In this document: positions 1 through 12,614 of the stretch, piece by piece
Position numbering within the stretch: the stretch's first letter is position 1
Layout: every line of letters starts with the position of its first letter
Position numbers and translations under genes: made by a program
The notes under the pieces: generated by a model
Told to the model about the DNA's origin: nothing
Seen by the model: only the letters and a program-made list of their open reading frames with translations
Databases searched by the model: none
Assembly (NCBI RefSeq): GCF_032444005.1
Contig: NC_091289.1
Location: 53,692,001 to 53,756,000, forward strand
Direction of reading: 5' to 3'
From: Ranitomeya imitator
Taxonomy: Eukaryota
DNA length: 64,000 nt

Positions 1-220
1 GAAGCTGGACACAGGACTTCCCCCGACGCTGCCGTTCTCCCCGGACACCGCACAGAGGCTTGGCAGACCCGGGTAAGACGAACGAAACCTGTAGGCTCCG
101 GCCGTCCGGACAGGAACCCAAACTGGAGGGCGAGGGGGACCGCCCCTTTTTAACCTGTAGGTTCCTGTCCGGAAGGTGGGCGGATCCCCTCTCTCGTTGT
201 GGGTGCTGTCGTGGAGATAG

Positions 221-335
221 GAAAATAATATGTTTGCAAGTTTTCAGAGCACAGAGGCTCCTTCTTCAGGCTAGATTACAGATAGCCTGAAGAAGGAGCC
301 TAGATGCTCTGAAAGCTTGCAAACATATTATTTTC
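221..335. repeat. 53-bp-arm foldback (Penelope-like terminal repeat remnant) containing a minimal hammerhead-like motif
   Basis: 221-273 is the near-perfect reverse complement of 283-335 (9-nt loop). The + strand reads CTGAAGA-A-GGAGC-ctagat-GCTCT-GAAA-GC-TT at 287-318, followed by AATAAA. Confidence 0.6.
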
Positions 336-728
336 TGGTTAGCCAATAAAGGTATCACTCCCAGAATACTTCTGTCATCATTGGACAGAAAAGTATTCAC
401 ATCGATTTTTCTGGCTAACACGGTACCACAATACAATTTGTTATTGTACATCATTAAGTTAGTACATAACGGTAAAATATCAGGATGTTCATTTTGGGGA
501 CTACAATGTGTGAAGAAAAATTGGAAAAAAAGGAAATTATTTGAAAATCCTGCATCTTTCGTACAGCAAATGGATCGGTGGGAATGCACACGGTACAGAA
601 TCCACTCCATAAGGCAGATAAGAGCGAGTTTTCCCACTCAGTGGTTTGTAGCGCTAACTAAATTTATTCATTTTAGTTACATAACTATGAAGAGTAGATG
701 GTGATTCTTGCGAGTAGTCCCACACTAA

Positions 729-997
729 GGCTATGTTCACACGATGCGGATTTGCTGCGGATCCGCAGCGGATTTTTCAGCGCAGAAACGCTGCAGATCC
801 GCACTGTGATGTACAGTATAATGTTAGTCAATGAAAAAAAAAATGGCTGTGCAGATGGTGCAGCGTTTCTGCACCCCTCCATGTTAAAATTCCGCAGTGG
901 CAAAAACCACAGAAAATCCGCGGCTGCGGATTCTGCCAGGAGATGCGGATTTTGTGCAGTAAATTCTGCACCTCTTTTTTTACATGTGCACATAGCC
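729..997. mobile_element. Harbinger-type MITE (GGCTATGT.CACA TIR family)
   Basis: TIRs GGCTATGTTCACA / TGTGCACATAGCC, TAA on the left flank, internal CCGCAG/CTGCGG repeats; same family as 50889-51240 and 52828-53150. Confidence 0.75.
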
Positions 998-1001
998 TTT
1001 A

Positions 1002-1184
1002 GGGCTCATACTCACTTGCAAGAAAATCAGATGAGTCTCGCATGTTAATACCCGGCGCTGCTGCTGGCACTCAGATCGGAGCGTGAGGCCGCATAGCAAT
1101 ACATGCAGCCGCACGCTCCGCTCCTGAGTGCCGGGTATTGCCGTGTGAGACTGATCCGAGTTTCTCGCAAGTGAGTAAGAGCCC
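1002..1184. mobile_element. Harbinger-type MITE
   Basis: TIRs GGGCTCATACTCACTTGC / GCAAGTGAGTAAGAGCCC; adjoins the previous MITE across a TTTA spacer. Confidence 0.7.
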
Positions 1185-1386
1185 ATATGAGCAAATCTGG
1201 ATGTGCATTTACTGGACTTGGGGGTGTAGAGATAAAATACCGTAAGTACGGTAAGCTAGAGATCGGAGCTGGATACGACAGTGTGATGGGAGTGATTGAT
1301 ACAAGAATACTGAATCCGGGTAGGGTCAGGCTTGGTTTGTATATTAACAATAAACCTTGTGAAAAATAATGTGATTTTAGGAATAA

Positions 1387-1582
1387 GGCCGGGATCACAC
1401 ATGCGAGAAACACGTCCGTGTCTCGCATGTGAAATCCAAGCTCTGGCGTCGGCACTCCAGAGCGGAGCGTGCAGCTCCATGTGTTGCTATGCGGCCGCAC
1501 GTTCCGCTCTGGAGTGCCGGCGCCAGAGCTTGGATTTCACATGCGAGACACGGACGTGTTTCTCGCATGTGTGATCCCGGCC
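1387..1582. mobile_element. Near-perfect palindromic Harbinger-type MITE
   Basis: GGCCGGGATCACACATGCGAG...CTCGCATGTGTGATCCCGGCC; the whole 196 bp folds back on itself; flanked by TAA and TTA. Confidence 0.8.
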
Positions 1583-2339
1583 TTACCCTGTGCCTCCATG
1601 TACCCCCAGAAGTCAATGAGTAAAACACACATTAATGGCCCAAACTTTCATTGGTGTTTCTTAAGTCCCTTTTTATTTGTTTTTCTTTAAATCTTGTGGC
1701 ATGTATCGCAAGAATTGCCTGGCGGACATAAAACCACTTTGATGAAATGGGATCAGGTGACTGGAGTACATTTGTGACAAATTTGGGGACTTTAGAAGTC
1801 ACAATTGACGAATCAACCAAAAAACCTCTGGACACCCTAAACTCCGCTCACAACAAAGAACAGCAAACTAATAAGACAAACTTCAAAAAAGGTGAACGGA
1901 AATGGAAAAATGAATAAAAGGTGCAAGCAATATAATACAAGCGCAAAAGTAATAATGAATCAGGCCCAAAATCTGCTAACTTGGCTCCGTTCACATGATG
2001 TCTGTCTGTTCCAATTCAGAAACAAAAACCCAAATGGATTCATCTAATGCAAACGGAAGATGGACAACACTGGTTATTAAAAGATCTGTCTGGTTTCTGT
2101 TTTCATAACTGAAGAAAGAGTGCAGCATGCAGAACGTCTTCTACTCTAAAAAGAAAATTAAAAGTGACATTAATGAAAACCAGAAGGACCCAAAAAATAA
2201 TCACTAGGGTCCCTCTGTATCAGTCATCAGCAACTGGATCTATTTCATCTATTCTGGGTAAGAAGATTACCCATAATGGAACAGAGAAACAAAGGATAGC
2301 GGCAGTCATCAGCAGCGATACTGTAGAAGACAACGGGGC

Positions 2340-2920
2340 TAGGGGGGTACACCGCCACAAGGAGGGGCACACCACCACACAACGGGGGCTGGGGGGGTAC
2401 ACAACCACACAACGCGGGCTGGAGGGCACACCACCACAAGGAGGGGCACACCACCACACAACGGGGGCTGGGGGGCACACCGCCACAAGGAGGGGCACAC
2501 CACCACACAACTGGGGCTGGAGGGGCACACCACCACACAACGGCGGCTGGGGGGCACACCGCCACAAGGAGGGGCACACCACACAACGGGGGCTGGGGGG
2601 CACACCGCCACAAGGAGGGGCACACCACCACACAACGGCGGCTGGGGGGGGTACACCACCACGCCACAAGGGGGGACACACCGCCACAAGGAGGGGCACA
2701 CCACACAACGGAGGCTGGGGGGCACACCGCCACAAGGAGGGGCACACCACCACACAACGGCGGCTGGGGGGGGGGTACACCACCACGCCACAAGGGGGGA
2801 CACACCGCCACATCACGGGGGGCTGGAGGGCACACCACCACATCACGGGGCTGGAGGGGCACACCGCCACAATGGGGGACACACCATAGGGGCTGGGGGG
2901 CACACCACCACGTCACAAGG
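2340..2920. repeat. GC-rich minisatellite (about 21-24 bp units, GGGG(G)CACACCACCACACAAC-like)
   Basis: Tandem degenerate units; explains the low-complexity ORFs on both strands. Confidence 0.9.
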
Positions 2921-5319
2921 GGGCGCGCACCAGCTGCTCTCTCACTTTACCAATGCCGGCCTGCTGTAGGGCTGCACTCACACACGGCCTTTTATTCTTC
3001 TACATGCCTGTTCACACCACAGACAGATGCCGGCCAGTTCATGCTCTGCTGCCATGTATGCCCTCACTTTTCATACACTCTGCTTTATACACAGCCATGC
3101 CCTATTACCCACTTGTGATGAAGCCCCGCACAATGTGCCCCTTACACAATACCGTTTCCTGTAACACGCAAACCGCGTGCACTCCGCACAATGTAGCTGC
3201 AGGCCAGAGCCGCCCTGTTGTACCCACCACAGCGTCCTGACTGGGGGCTCACGGCCTGCACTTCTCCTCTCCTCAACTCTCTCGCTCATAATTTGGCGGC
3301 TACACGATTGTGACTGATCCGGGGAAACACAGGAAATGAGCAACCAATCAGCGCTCCTGCAACAAAGAGGGAGGTATGTCCTTCATGTGCAAAAGAAGCT
3401 GATTGGCTGGTGGATGTACGTGTACGGTGTCCGCGCAGGCTCAGAATAGTGCGCCCGCCTCACTGTATTGTTCTGCAGGTTTAGTGTATTGCGGTGTTTG
3501 CGTAGCTGGGGCGAAAATAGCGCAAATGTGAGTCGGCATCTCAGCCCCTCCCCCCGGGACAGTGTAGAAGGTTTCTCTGTATGCGTCAGTGCGCGCCCTC
3601 TGGGTCACAGGCTGTCAGAGGAAAGCAACAGGAAATACACTGTATAGATCATTTGTGTTGTGTGAGTTGATTCTTGACAGCCCCTTAGTTCATGGAAAGA
3701 CTTAAGGGTACGTTCACATTTGCGGTTTGCGCCGCAGCGTCGCCGCCGCAACAAAACGCATGCGTCGTGCGGCCCTATCTTTAACATTGGCGCCGCATGT
3801 GCATGCGTTGTGTTGCGTTGTGTTGCGTTTTACGCCGCATGCGGCGTTAGGGCGCACCTGTCTGGGCGCGGCAAACGCAACATGTTGCATTTTTCTGGCG
3901 GCGCCGACCTTTTAAAAAACGCATGCGTCGTGTTTGCGTCGGCGATGCGCCTTTTTTCCCATTGACTTGTATTGACAACGCAGACGACGCAAGTACTTGC
4001 GTCGTGGTGCGTTGTACGACGCATGCGTTTTCCAATAAAAAATGCAAAACATTGTCTAGACTTTGTCTAGACACAAAAAAAACAACCTATATATATAAAG
4101 AAACGAGGGGTTTGCCATTGTCTTTCACAAGTCATCACACCAGACAAGACTAGACTGGAGAATCTGCTTTCCAAACTTGTAAGTATATATTTCTCTTTGC
4201 ACATTTTGTATTCTGTGTTTTATTTCTTGATTTGTCTATATTTTTGTAATGTTTGGTCTGTGCTATTACGGTTATGGGTTGTTATTGAAAAATTGTTTGT
4301 CTGGTTCTGATAGGATTGCATTTATTTTATTTAATTTTTTTTTTCTTTTATTTTTTTTTTTTTACGTTACTTTGGGTTTGGTTATGTGTTTTGTTCTTGT
4401 GTCATGTGGTTGTTCAATGTATTGATTTTTGCTCATTTTGTCTTGTAAAATTTCTGGTGCATGTTTTTCTGGTTTCTATTGTTGGTGGTAACTGTGTGGC
4501 ATTTTCTTGGCTCATGTCTTGCTGTGTTTTGGATTATGCTGTTGGCTTTATTTTTTCTTTCCTTGAGTGTATTTTCTTGCTGGTGGGGGGGCAACATTTA
4601 TGATGTCTTTGTATTGTATAGTTCCGTGCTGCTGCTATGCCATTATAGTTTCAATTGTACTTTCCCTTTATTTTAAAAAATATCGCTGATGTTTTTACGT
4701 CGTTTTCCGTATGGCATATATCTTCCTTCATTGACTGATTGCATTGCGAAGTGTGTAGTATAATTTTTATTTGTTTATATTATTTTTGGTGGTGGCCTTT
4801 TTTAAAAATTCCATGTGTTTTATTTTCTATTTGGCTATGGTTTATGTTTGGGTTGCTGTATATTTTTACAGCGGTTGTCCCGTAATGTTTATTGCTTGTT
4901 ATCTAGAATGGTTTTTATTGCCTTTTGTCTTTCTGTGGTTAGATGTCACAAGATGTTGTTTTTTAGGATCATGTCTTGTTGCAATTGTAAAGTATTGCGT
5001 TCATTATTTTGCTCTTTCATTGTATTTTTGTGCCTGTAATGTTTTTTCAGAAAGTTTTGATATGTCCATTTTTGGACATAGGTGTCTATTTTTGCTTTTT
5101 GGTTTGGGTCTATTCTTGTATAGTTTCTTCTATTGATTGTCTTCTCTTGCAATGTATGGCGTTGTGGTGTCGCTTTCTTATTTTTGCTTTGTCCGATCAG
5201 TCAAAAGTCAAATGTGGTTGTTGTAAAAAATTTTTGGCATATTTTATTGTATGTGCCATATTTAGGTTTAGTTTTGATTTTTTTTTTTCATTTTTTCATG
5301 CCAGAACAAACGTGCTACA

Positions 5320-8100
5320 ATGGCCACTGTGTCAGAATCGAGCCAATCGGCGCAGGGGAGTGTGGTGAGTAATTATGTCAATTTCCTTACTATTCGCAGT
5401 CATTTGTAGTTTTTAAAATAATTTCTTTATACAATTTTTACAGGCTTCTTCAAGTGAGGGTGAAGGAAGTCAGCGGGAGCAGAGAGGTCAGGGCCAAGGT
5501 GTGGCGTCAGGACGGCGAGTGAGTATTTTTATTAAACAATTTCTTTTTTTTTTTTTGATTAGCATCCTGCTTTCACTAGGGATGTTTAGTAAGCTTACAT
5601 TCAAACTTTTCAGGGTAGCAAGTATTGGGGGAAGGTAGCAAAGGTGAAACAACCAAAACATTCAAAAATACAGGTGTAGAAACCATCAATATACATATAT
5701 CAAATGACAAAGGATAGGGCCAAGGTACATATCATGACAGGTGCTGGTGTTTGTTAATATTTGCATATTTGTAACCTTTTCTGTTTGTAATTTTTCTAGG
5801 TTTCACAACGGGACCATGGAGTCATTGATGTGGAGCTCCTCATATCAAGCATCCAGGAGCGTGGCCCGTTGTGGGACAGCCGTGACTCCCGGCACATGGA
5901 CCAGGTGGTGTTGAGGCGTTTGTGGGTAGAGGTGGCAAAGTCGCTGTGGGAGGGCTTTGACATAGCTCCTGCAAAGGACAAAGCCAACTTTGGTGAGTAT
6001 TGCTGATACGCCGTGCAGATACGTTGCTATGACCCACCATCTTTCCAGGATAAACACAACCGTGTGTGATGCAATAAACACCTAAAGTTTTGCATCGCAC
6101 ACGGTTGTTTTATCCATTTCAAATGCTACATATGTAACCTTTTTTTTCCTTTGCATTCACAGTTAAAAGGTTGAGGATCAGATGGCGATCCATCAAGGAC
6201 CGTTTCAATAAGGGGCTACGGGCAGAGGAGGAGCGCTCGAAGAGTGGTGCTGCTGCGGCCAAGTCTGTGCCCTATAAATATTCCAAATGTTTACAGTTCT
6301 TAAGACCAGTCCTTGGCCGCCGTCAGTAAGTATTTTGTCCACAAAACATATTGCACAGCCCCATTACAGTGCCCAGCCACATAGCCTACTGCACAAACAC
6401 ATAGTACATTGCCCAGCCACGTACATTGTGCATCCACATAGTATATTGGCAGGTAACAATATCGCAGCCACATACCACACGTTCTAGCCACGTATCCACA
6501 TAGTATATTTCACAGGCACATACTGTATTGCCCATCCATGTAGTCAGCGTAACATATTGGCCATCCACGTAAATGTATCCCTATTAAAATGCTATATAGG
6601 CCATTAGTTAATTTTTTGGGTTAAGCGTGAGTCCTTGTAGTCCATGACAGGTTAAGTTCTGAGTCAGGGTAGTTCTGATTGCAGGAATAATGATGAAGTC
6701 TCGATCACATGAGTCTAACATCATGGTCGTTCCTGCAATCAGATCAGTGAAATCACTGGGTTTTTTTTTATTTAATTTTTTATCTTGACATTAAATTTTC
6801 AACTATTTTTGTGGCATAGGCAGCTTCCAGAAAGAGTTTTCGATTACAAAATTTTTATACCCACAGTGGTATACGGTCAAAATGCTTTGACAGCGGGAAT
6901 GTTCATGATTGTTATCGTCGGCCCTAACGGTCAGCTGGCGATAACAATCAGAAATTAATTATTGGCCACACAGACTGTGAGACAGAGGATTTGTATTATT
7001 GTGTAATGTAATGCTATTTTTATTCCAGGAGTTGGCGTATGGGAGAGGTTATTCATTGAAGACTAATTTTTTCATTATCTTTTCACAGGACACACAGCAG
7101 CACCCTCGAGAGAGCTCGCCCCGCAGAAGCGGTCCTTCATGAATCGCCATCTGATCCATCACAGCCCTCCCACAGCGACAGCAGGCTTGCACCACCATCT
7201 GGTGAACCGGCAGCCGGTACATCAGGTGTTCCCCTGGCCGAGGCCTCTGGCGCACCTTCGTTTGGGTATTCCCGACAGCGCCAGCGGGCCTCGGACAGGC
7301 CAACCATGCCCGAATTTTTGCATTTGAGCACGGTTTTCCAGAACTGTTTCAAGGCGTTGAGCGATAACATGGACACTCGTCTGTCCAATATCGACCGGCG
7401 CCTTGAAACAATTGAAACCGAGCTCTCAAATCCGGCAAAACATTTTTTTAGTACCATTGCTAAGGGCATGGTGGAACACCTTACGCCGGAACTACAGATT
7501 TCAGTGATGCAGTCCTGCAACACTTCCTACGTGAGGGCTCTCCAGCAGGCTGGGGTCATGCAGTCAGCGACAATGGCAGTAGTGCCGTCGCTGGCAAGCA
7601 TGACTCCCACTCCTGCTGGAGAGCCACTCCAGCCACCCCACCGTGGTCCACGTGCCGAGCGACGCCACCACAGGCACCATAACATAGTGCCGCCGACTCC
7701 TGCTCCTGCCATGCCTTCATCCTCCCGTAGGCGTCATCATGCTGGGGAACCTGCCACAGGACCCAAAAACAAAAAAAAAAAGAGGAAACACAGACGGGCA
7801 CACAAAGAGGCTCTGGTTGCTGTTCCAGTGACAACACCAACTGTCCGTAGGGGCTCGAGTCGCAGTAGGAGCAGCCATGGCCAAACAAGGCTTGTGTTGC
7901 CTCCTCCCTCCCCTACAGAGGTGGCGGTTTCCTCCCCAGTATACCCTGGGGAGGGTTTGGATCTCCCATCAAGTCTACTTGACTATGTATCCTCCTCTTC
8001 GCCATCATCGTCATCTTCTCCATCATCCTCCCATTTCTCTCACCATTCCAGAGAAGACACCTACCATTCCCCTCTGGTGGCACAGGTGGAAACCCCCTAA
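5320..8100 (+). CDS. Harbinger Myb/SANT-like (MADF) DNA-binding protein, 5 exons: 5320-5364, 5444-5518, 5800-5992, 6163-6325, 7089-8100 (495 aa)
   Basis: All introns are GT-AG with compatible phases (0,0,1,2) and the summed length of 1488 nt is open. MADF motif LLISSIQERGPLWDSRD...WVEVAKSLW...RLRIRWRSIKDRF...PYKYSKCLQFL; BESS-like segment in the last exon. The start codon is inferred. Confidence 0.85.
6335..6590 (-). repeat. Decayed Helitron-derived minisatellite in intron 4 of the MADF gene
   Basis: CCCAGCCAC.TAGTATATTG units ending in ATCCCTATTAAAA; this is the reverse complement of the array and its flank at 38050-38500. Confidence 0.6.
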
Positions 8101-8329
8101 GTTTAAGAACCCTTTTTGTTTTCTGTTTTCCCCCAATAAAAAATGTTATTTTTAAAAAACACTATTTGTTATTATTTATGCTATTATTTTCCAGAATTTT
8201 TCTCGGCAAATCACGCCATGTGCTGTCTACACATATTTTGTGCTTCAAACACCTCATATATGCAATGTCAGACACTATTTTTTCAATTTTTAGTTTGTCT
8301 TTTTTTGGGTGTCTCTCATTGCTGTATGA

Positions 8330-8560
8330 GGTGTTCACACTTAATGCAGCAGCGAAACAGACAATGATGCAGATCACTGCAGCGTCCGCTGGTTGGTCCC
8401 TGGAGAGCTGTCACAGACATCTCTCCAGCGAACAACGATGCAGAGGCCCACGTACATCATGTTGATAAGCGCAGGGCCACGCTTCAGATATTTACCCTGG
8501 TTTCAATTGGAAAACATCGCTGTTATCGTTGCTTATCAGGTAAAACACAAAGATACAGGT
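8330..8560 (+). mobile_element. Decayed MITE between the 3' ends of the two Harbinger genes
   Basis: GATCACTGCAG...CTGGAGAGCTGTCACA...CTCTCCAGCG and TAAGCGCAGGG match the MITE at 21310-22041. Confidence 0.55.
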
Positions 8561-8856
8561 CGATCAGACAAACAAGTATATGTAATATTATGGTATAAAA
8601 ATTGTATTTGAATCGGTATAGAATTTAAAAACTTTTTTCTTTAATATTTTAAAAACAACAGGTTCAAGTTTTTATAGGAACATTAAATTTGTGAACTATA
8701 CTTAGATGCAAAATTTGACATATACCAAACCAACCTAAACGGAACTTTGATTGCACATTTAATGGAAAATTATTTTTTTTTAATATATTTCTAACTGTCA
8801 CAGTAGAGGTATTATTGGTGTAGTTACAATCAGAAGACAGTCCAAAAGTAACATTA

Positions 8857-10237
8857 CTACACCATTTGATCTTGCCATGACACACGGCCAACATCTGACA
8901 CAAAATAGGCCGCAAAACGATCACGCATCTGCGCAATTTCCACACTTGTCCTCAGAGGATGATCATGGTAATCGGGCAAGGGGTTGGCTATGGGTTCATC
9001 CAGTTCAACATTTATTCTCTCTTTGGCCATAATGAAATTGTGGAGAACCACACAAGCCTTCACCACCTCATCCACTGTTTCAATTTTAAGATTAATGGCC
9101 GATCCCAATATCCGCCATTTGGAAACGAGGATGCCAAAGGCGCACTCCACAGTCCTTCTGGCCCTGGACAGTCTGTAATTGAAAACCCTTTTTGTATGGT
9201 CCAAGCCCCGACTGGAGTAGGGTTTCAATAGGTTGGCAGACATTTGGAATGCCTCATCCCCTACCACAACAAATGGCATCGCCGGGCCTTCGGTGTGGGG
9301 AAGAGGTCGTGGCTGTGGGAAATTAAAATTGTTTCCATATAACTTTTGGCCCATATCCGACTCTTTAAATGTGCGCGAGTCATTTGCACGCCCAAATGCA
9401 CCAATGTCCACTGCGAGAAAACGGCAGTCCGCACCGGCAATTGCCATGAGAACAGTTGAAAAGTATTTTTTATAATTGTAGAAAAGGGATCCACTTTTCG
9501 CAGGCTTGGTAATCCGAATGTGCTTTCCATCGACAGCGCCAATACAGTTTGGAAAATTACACACTTGGTTGAATTTCTGTGCGTTGGCCTCCCAGATTGC
9601 ACTTGTAGGGACAGGTAAATATTCCTCCCGGAGATTATCCCACAAAGCGCGGCATGTCTCAGCAATAATTCCTGAAAGAGTGGAGACTCCAATCCGGAAT
9701 TGAAAATGAAGTGACCTAAACGTTTCTCCGGTAGCCAGGAAACTGCAAAGAAGATAAAGAAATTTTGAATAAAGCACATTATAATTTATAAAAGTACATT
9801 GACCATTACAATTGAAAAAAATTAATAAAATAAAATAAAAAGTAAATAGATATCACAGTCATTCAAACAGCAACGTACCGTAGAGTCACCAGCAGCCGTT
9901 CCTCTGCGGAAATAGCTCTCCGGAGCTGCGTGTCCTGCCTGCTAATGGATCCTTCCACCCGACGCAGAAGATAGCGGAAGCTCTCCTGTGACATCCGGGT
10001 ATATTCGAAATATTTTTCCCGGTTGTCATTCAGTTCGCCAAACAAGCAATGGTATGCTCCACGACTCTCCCGGACTTCAACTATAGGGTGGATCCAAAAG
10101 CGGCGACGACTCCATCTCCGTCTTTCCCTTTCCCTTTCATTAAAACAGGCAACAGCATAGGCATGAGCCAAGGCAAATTCCATATCCATATCCATGTAGA
10201 TACTGTTCATGGTTCGCTCCATCATGAATACCAGCAA
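8857..10237 (-). CDS. Harbinger DDE transposase (HARBI1-like family), 2 exons: 10237-9879 and 9742-8857 (about 414 aa)
   Basis: The splice joins LLVTLR|FLATGETF in frame (GT donor at 9878, AG acceptor at 9744-9743). Catalytic motifs CIGAVDGKH, VVGDEAF and RRTVECAFG are present with no stops. The exact start Met is uncertain. Confidence 0.92.
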
Positions 10238-10757
10238 AATGTGAGGAATTCATCTCTGCCAGGGTATATACACATTTGTTAACACCAACCCTCTTCTAGC
10301 CATTGGTGGTTCTTTATCTATTGTGTAGACACTTTTTATTGTGGGTGGGGGATGATGAATGACTCACTGCACTAAAAACGCATGCGTCTAAAAACGCTGC
10401 GTTTTTTGGTAAAAACGCAACTGCGTTTCAAAAACCCGCAGCGTTTTGCGACGCATGCGTTGAACGCATGCGGCGCAAAACGCTGCGTTGTACATGCGTT
10501 TTGGTGCGTTTTTGTTTGCGTTGTGCGTTGCGGCGACGACGCTGCGGCGCACAACGCAAATGTGAACTTAGACTTATAGAGGCATTGAGCTCACTGATTG
10601 GCTGCAGCGCTGCCAACATGACATCAGCAGACACTGGCAGCAGCAGAGGAGACTGCACGCGATGTGGGGCTACTGAGTAAAGCCCAGTTTATTTTTCTTT
10701 AATAACTGCAACCAGAAGACAGCAGGTTTTTTTTAAATGAAAGTTGAAAACCAATAA

Positions 10758-10943
10758 GCCACAGTCACACTACAGTATTTGGTCCCTATTTTACCTCAGT
10801 ATTTTACATCAGTATTTGTAAACCAAAACCAGGAGTGGAACAAATAGAGGAAAAGTATAATAGAAACATATGCACCACTTCTGTAATTATCACCCACTCC
10901 TGGTTTTGGCTTACAAATACTGATGTAAAATACTGACCGTGGC
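10758..10943. mobile_element. Short foldback MITE
   Basis: CAGTATTTGTAAACCAAAACCAGGAGTGG is inverted against CCACTCCTGGTTTTGGCTTACAAATACTG. Confidence 0.55.
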
Positions 10944-12145
10944 CTTAAGGCTGTCCACTACTTTTACATTGATGGCTTATCCTTAGGCCGGCCTCACACT
11001 CAGCGTATAAAAATACGGTCCGTAATTTACGGCCGTAATACGCTGAAAAGTCCCCCAAATAGTGGTCCGTATCTCCTCTGTAGGCAGGGTGTGTCAGCGT
11101 ATTTTGCGCATGGCATCCTCCGTATGGCATCCGTACGAGATTTTCTCGCAGGCTTGCAGAACTGACATACGGATATACAAGGGATCCATGTGCTCAAAAA
11201 ATAATAAAAACATATATACTGTCTATATATATATATATATATCAGTGAGACACATATATGTATATATATATTTATATTTCATACAGCGCGAGATAGCTTA
11301 AAAGCCGGTAATTCAATTTCCGGCTAAAAACATCTGCCCCCAGCCAACCCAGAAAAGGCACATCTGGAAGATGCGCCTATTCTGGCACTTGGCCACTCTC
11401 TTCCCATTCCTGTGTAGCGGTGAGATATGGGGTAATGAAGGGTTAATGTCACCTTCCTATTGTAAGGTGACATTAAGCCAGATTAATAATGGAGAGGTGT
11501 CAACCTATCCATTATTAATCCAATTGTATTAAAGAGTTAAAAAAAACAAACACATTATTAAAAAGTATTTTAATGAAATAAACACACCGTTTCTTGTAAT
11601 ATTTTATTGTACACTCAATCCACTGGCTGAAGACCCTCGCTCAGTGACAAAGAAAAAATAATAAACCAACAATATACATACCTTCCGAGGATCTGTAACG
11701 TCCCACGTTGTAAATCCATCTGAAGGGGTTAATTTTTTTTACAGCCAGGATGTTATGACCTGGTGGTCAGGACAATAATGGACCTGGTGGCACACGGAAT
11801 GACCTGATAGTTACTGATAATAAAGGACGAGCTCTGGGACGTGGGAACTCTGCTGACCACAATCCCTAAACCTATCAAACACACTAGAAATAGCCGTGGA
11901 TTGCGCCTAACGCTCCCTATGCAACTCGACACAGCCTAAGAAACTAGCTAGCCCTGAAGATAGAAAAATTAAGCCTACCTTGCCTCAGAGAAATTCCCCA
12001 AAGGAAAAGGCAGCCCCCCACATATAATGACTGTGAGTAAAGATGAAAATACAAACACAGAGATGAAATAGACTTAGCAAAGTGAGGCCCGACTTACTGA
12101 ACAGACCGAGGATAGGAAAGGTTACTTTGCGGTCAGCACAAAAAC

Positions 12146-12502
12146 CTACAAAAAGACCATGCAGAGGAAAAACGCATCAACATCACGCAATGCCGGATCT
12201 CCTGCCGCAAGGGAAAATGCCCAGTCTTGAGGGTCACCACGAAACAAAGAAATAATGATCTTTACTTGTTGAACAGGGTCACCTGAGGAGCGAGGTTTCA
12301 AGGCAAGAAACAATTTACAATTATTTTTGAAATTCAAGAACTTAGATCTATCACCAAAAAACAAATCAGGAATTGGAATCCTAGGCTCTGACATCGGATT
12401 CTGAACCACAAAATCTTGAATGTTTTGTATCCTTGTAGTGAGATTATCCATCCAAGAGGACAGATCTTGAATGTCCATGTTTACACCAGTGTCCTGAACC
12501 AC
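12146..12502 (-). pseudogene. Truncated duplicate of the gag 5' end
   Basis: Near-identical to the first ~110 aa of the 17501 ORF; fused to LTR sequence at about 12165. Confidence 0.9.
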
Positions 12503-12614
12503 CTAGAGGTAAAGGGGAAAAGAGAGACAAAACACACTGCAAAGAAAAAAAAATGGTCTCAGAGCTTCTCTTATCCCTCTATTGAGATGCATTAGTACTT
12601 TGGGCCACCTGTAC

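Larger units (their letters stand above)
3706..10573. mobile_element. Full-length PIF/Harbinger DNA transposon with convergent MADF and transposase genes
   Basis: About 45-bp imperfect TIRs (GGGTACGTTCACATTTGCG... versus reverse complement GTCTAAGTTCACATTTGCG...), TAA/TTA flanks, subterminal ACGCATGCGT arrays, and two spliced ORFs typical of Harbinger. Confidence 0.92.

Noticed and set aside
1-220. Short inverted repeats (TCCGGACAGGAACC / GGTTCCTGTCCGGA), possibly a DIRS-type terminus
   Set aside because: Truncated by the window edge with no associated ORF; cannot be classified.
2164-2916. Long Gly/His/Thr- and Cys/Pro/Val-rich ORFs on both strands
   Set aside because: They are translations of a GC-rich minisatellite, open in several frames with no domain signal.
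4316-5372. Hydrophobic Phe/Leu/Cys-rich ORFs resembling membrane proteins
   Set aside because: A by-product of T-rich composition; no conserved motif.
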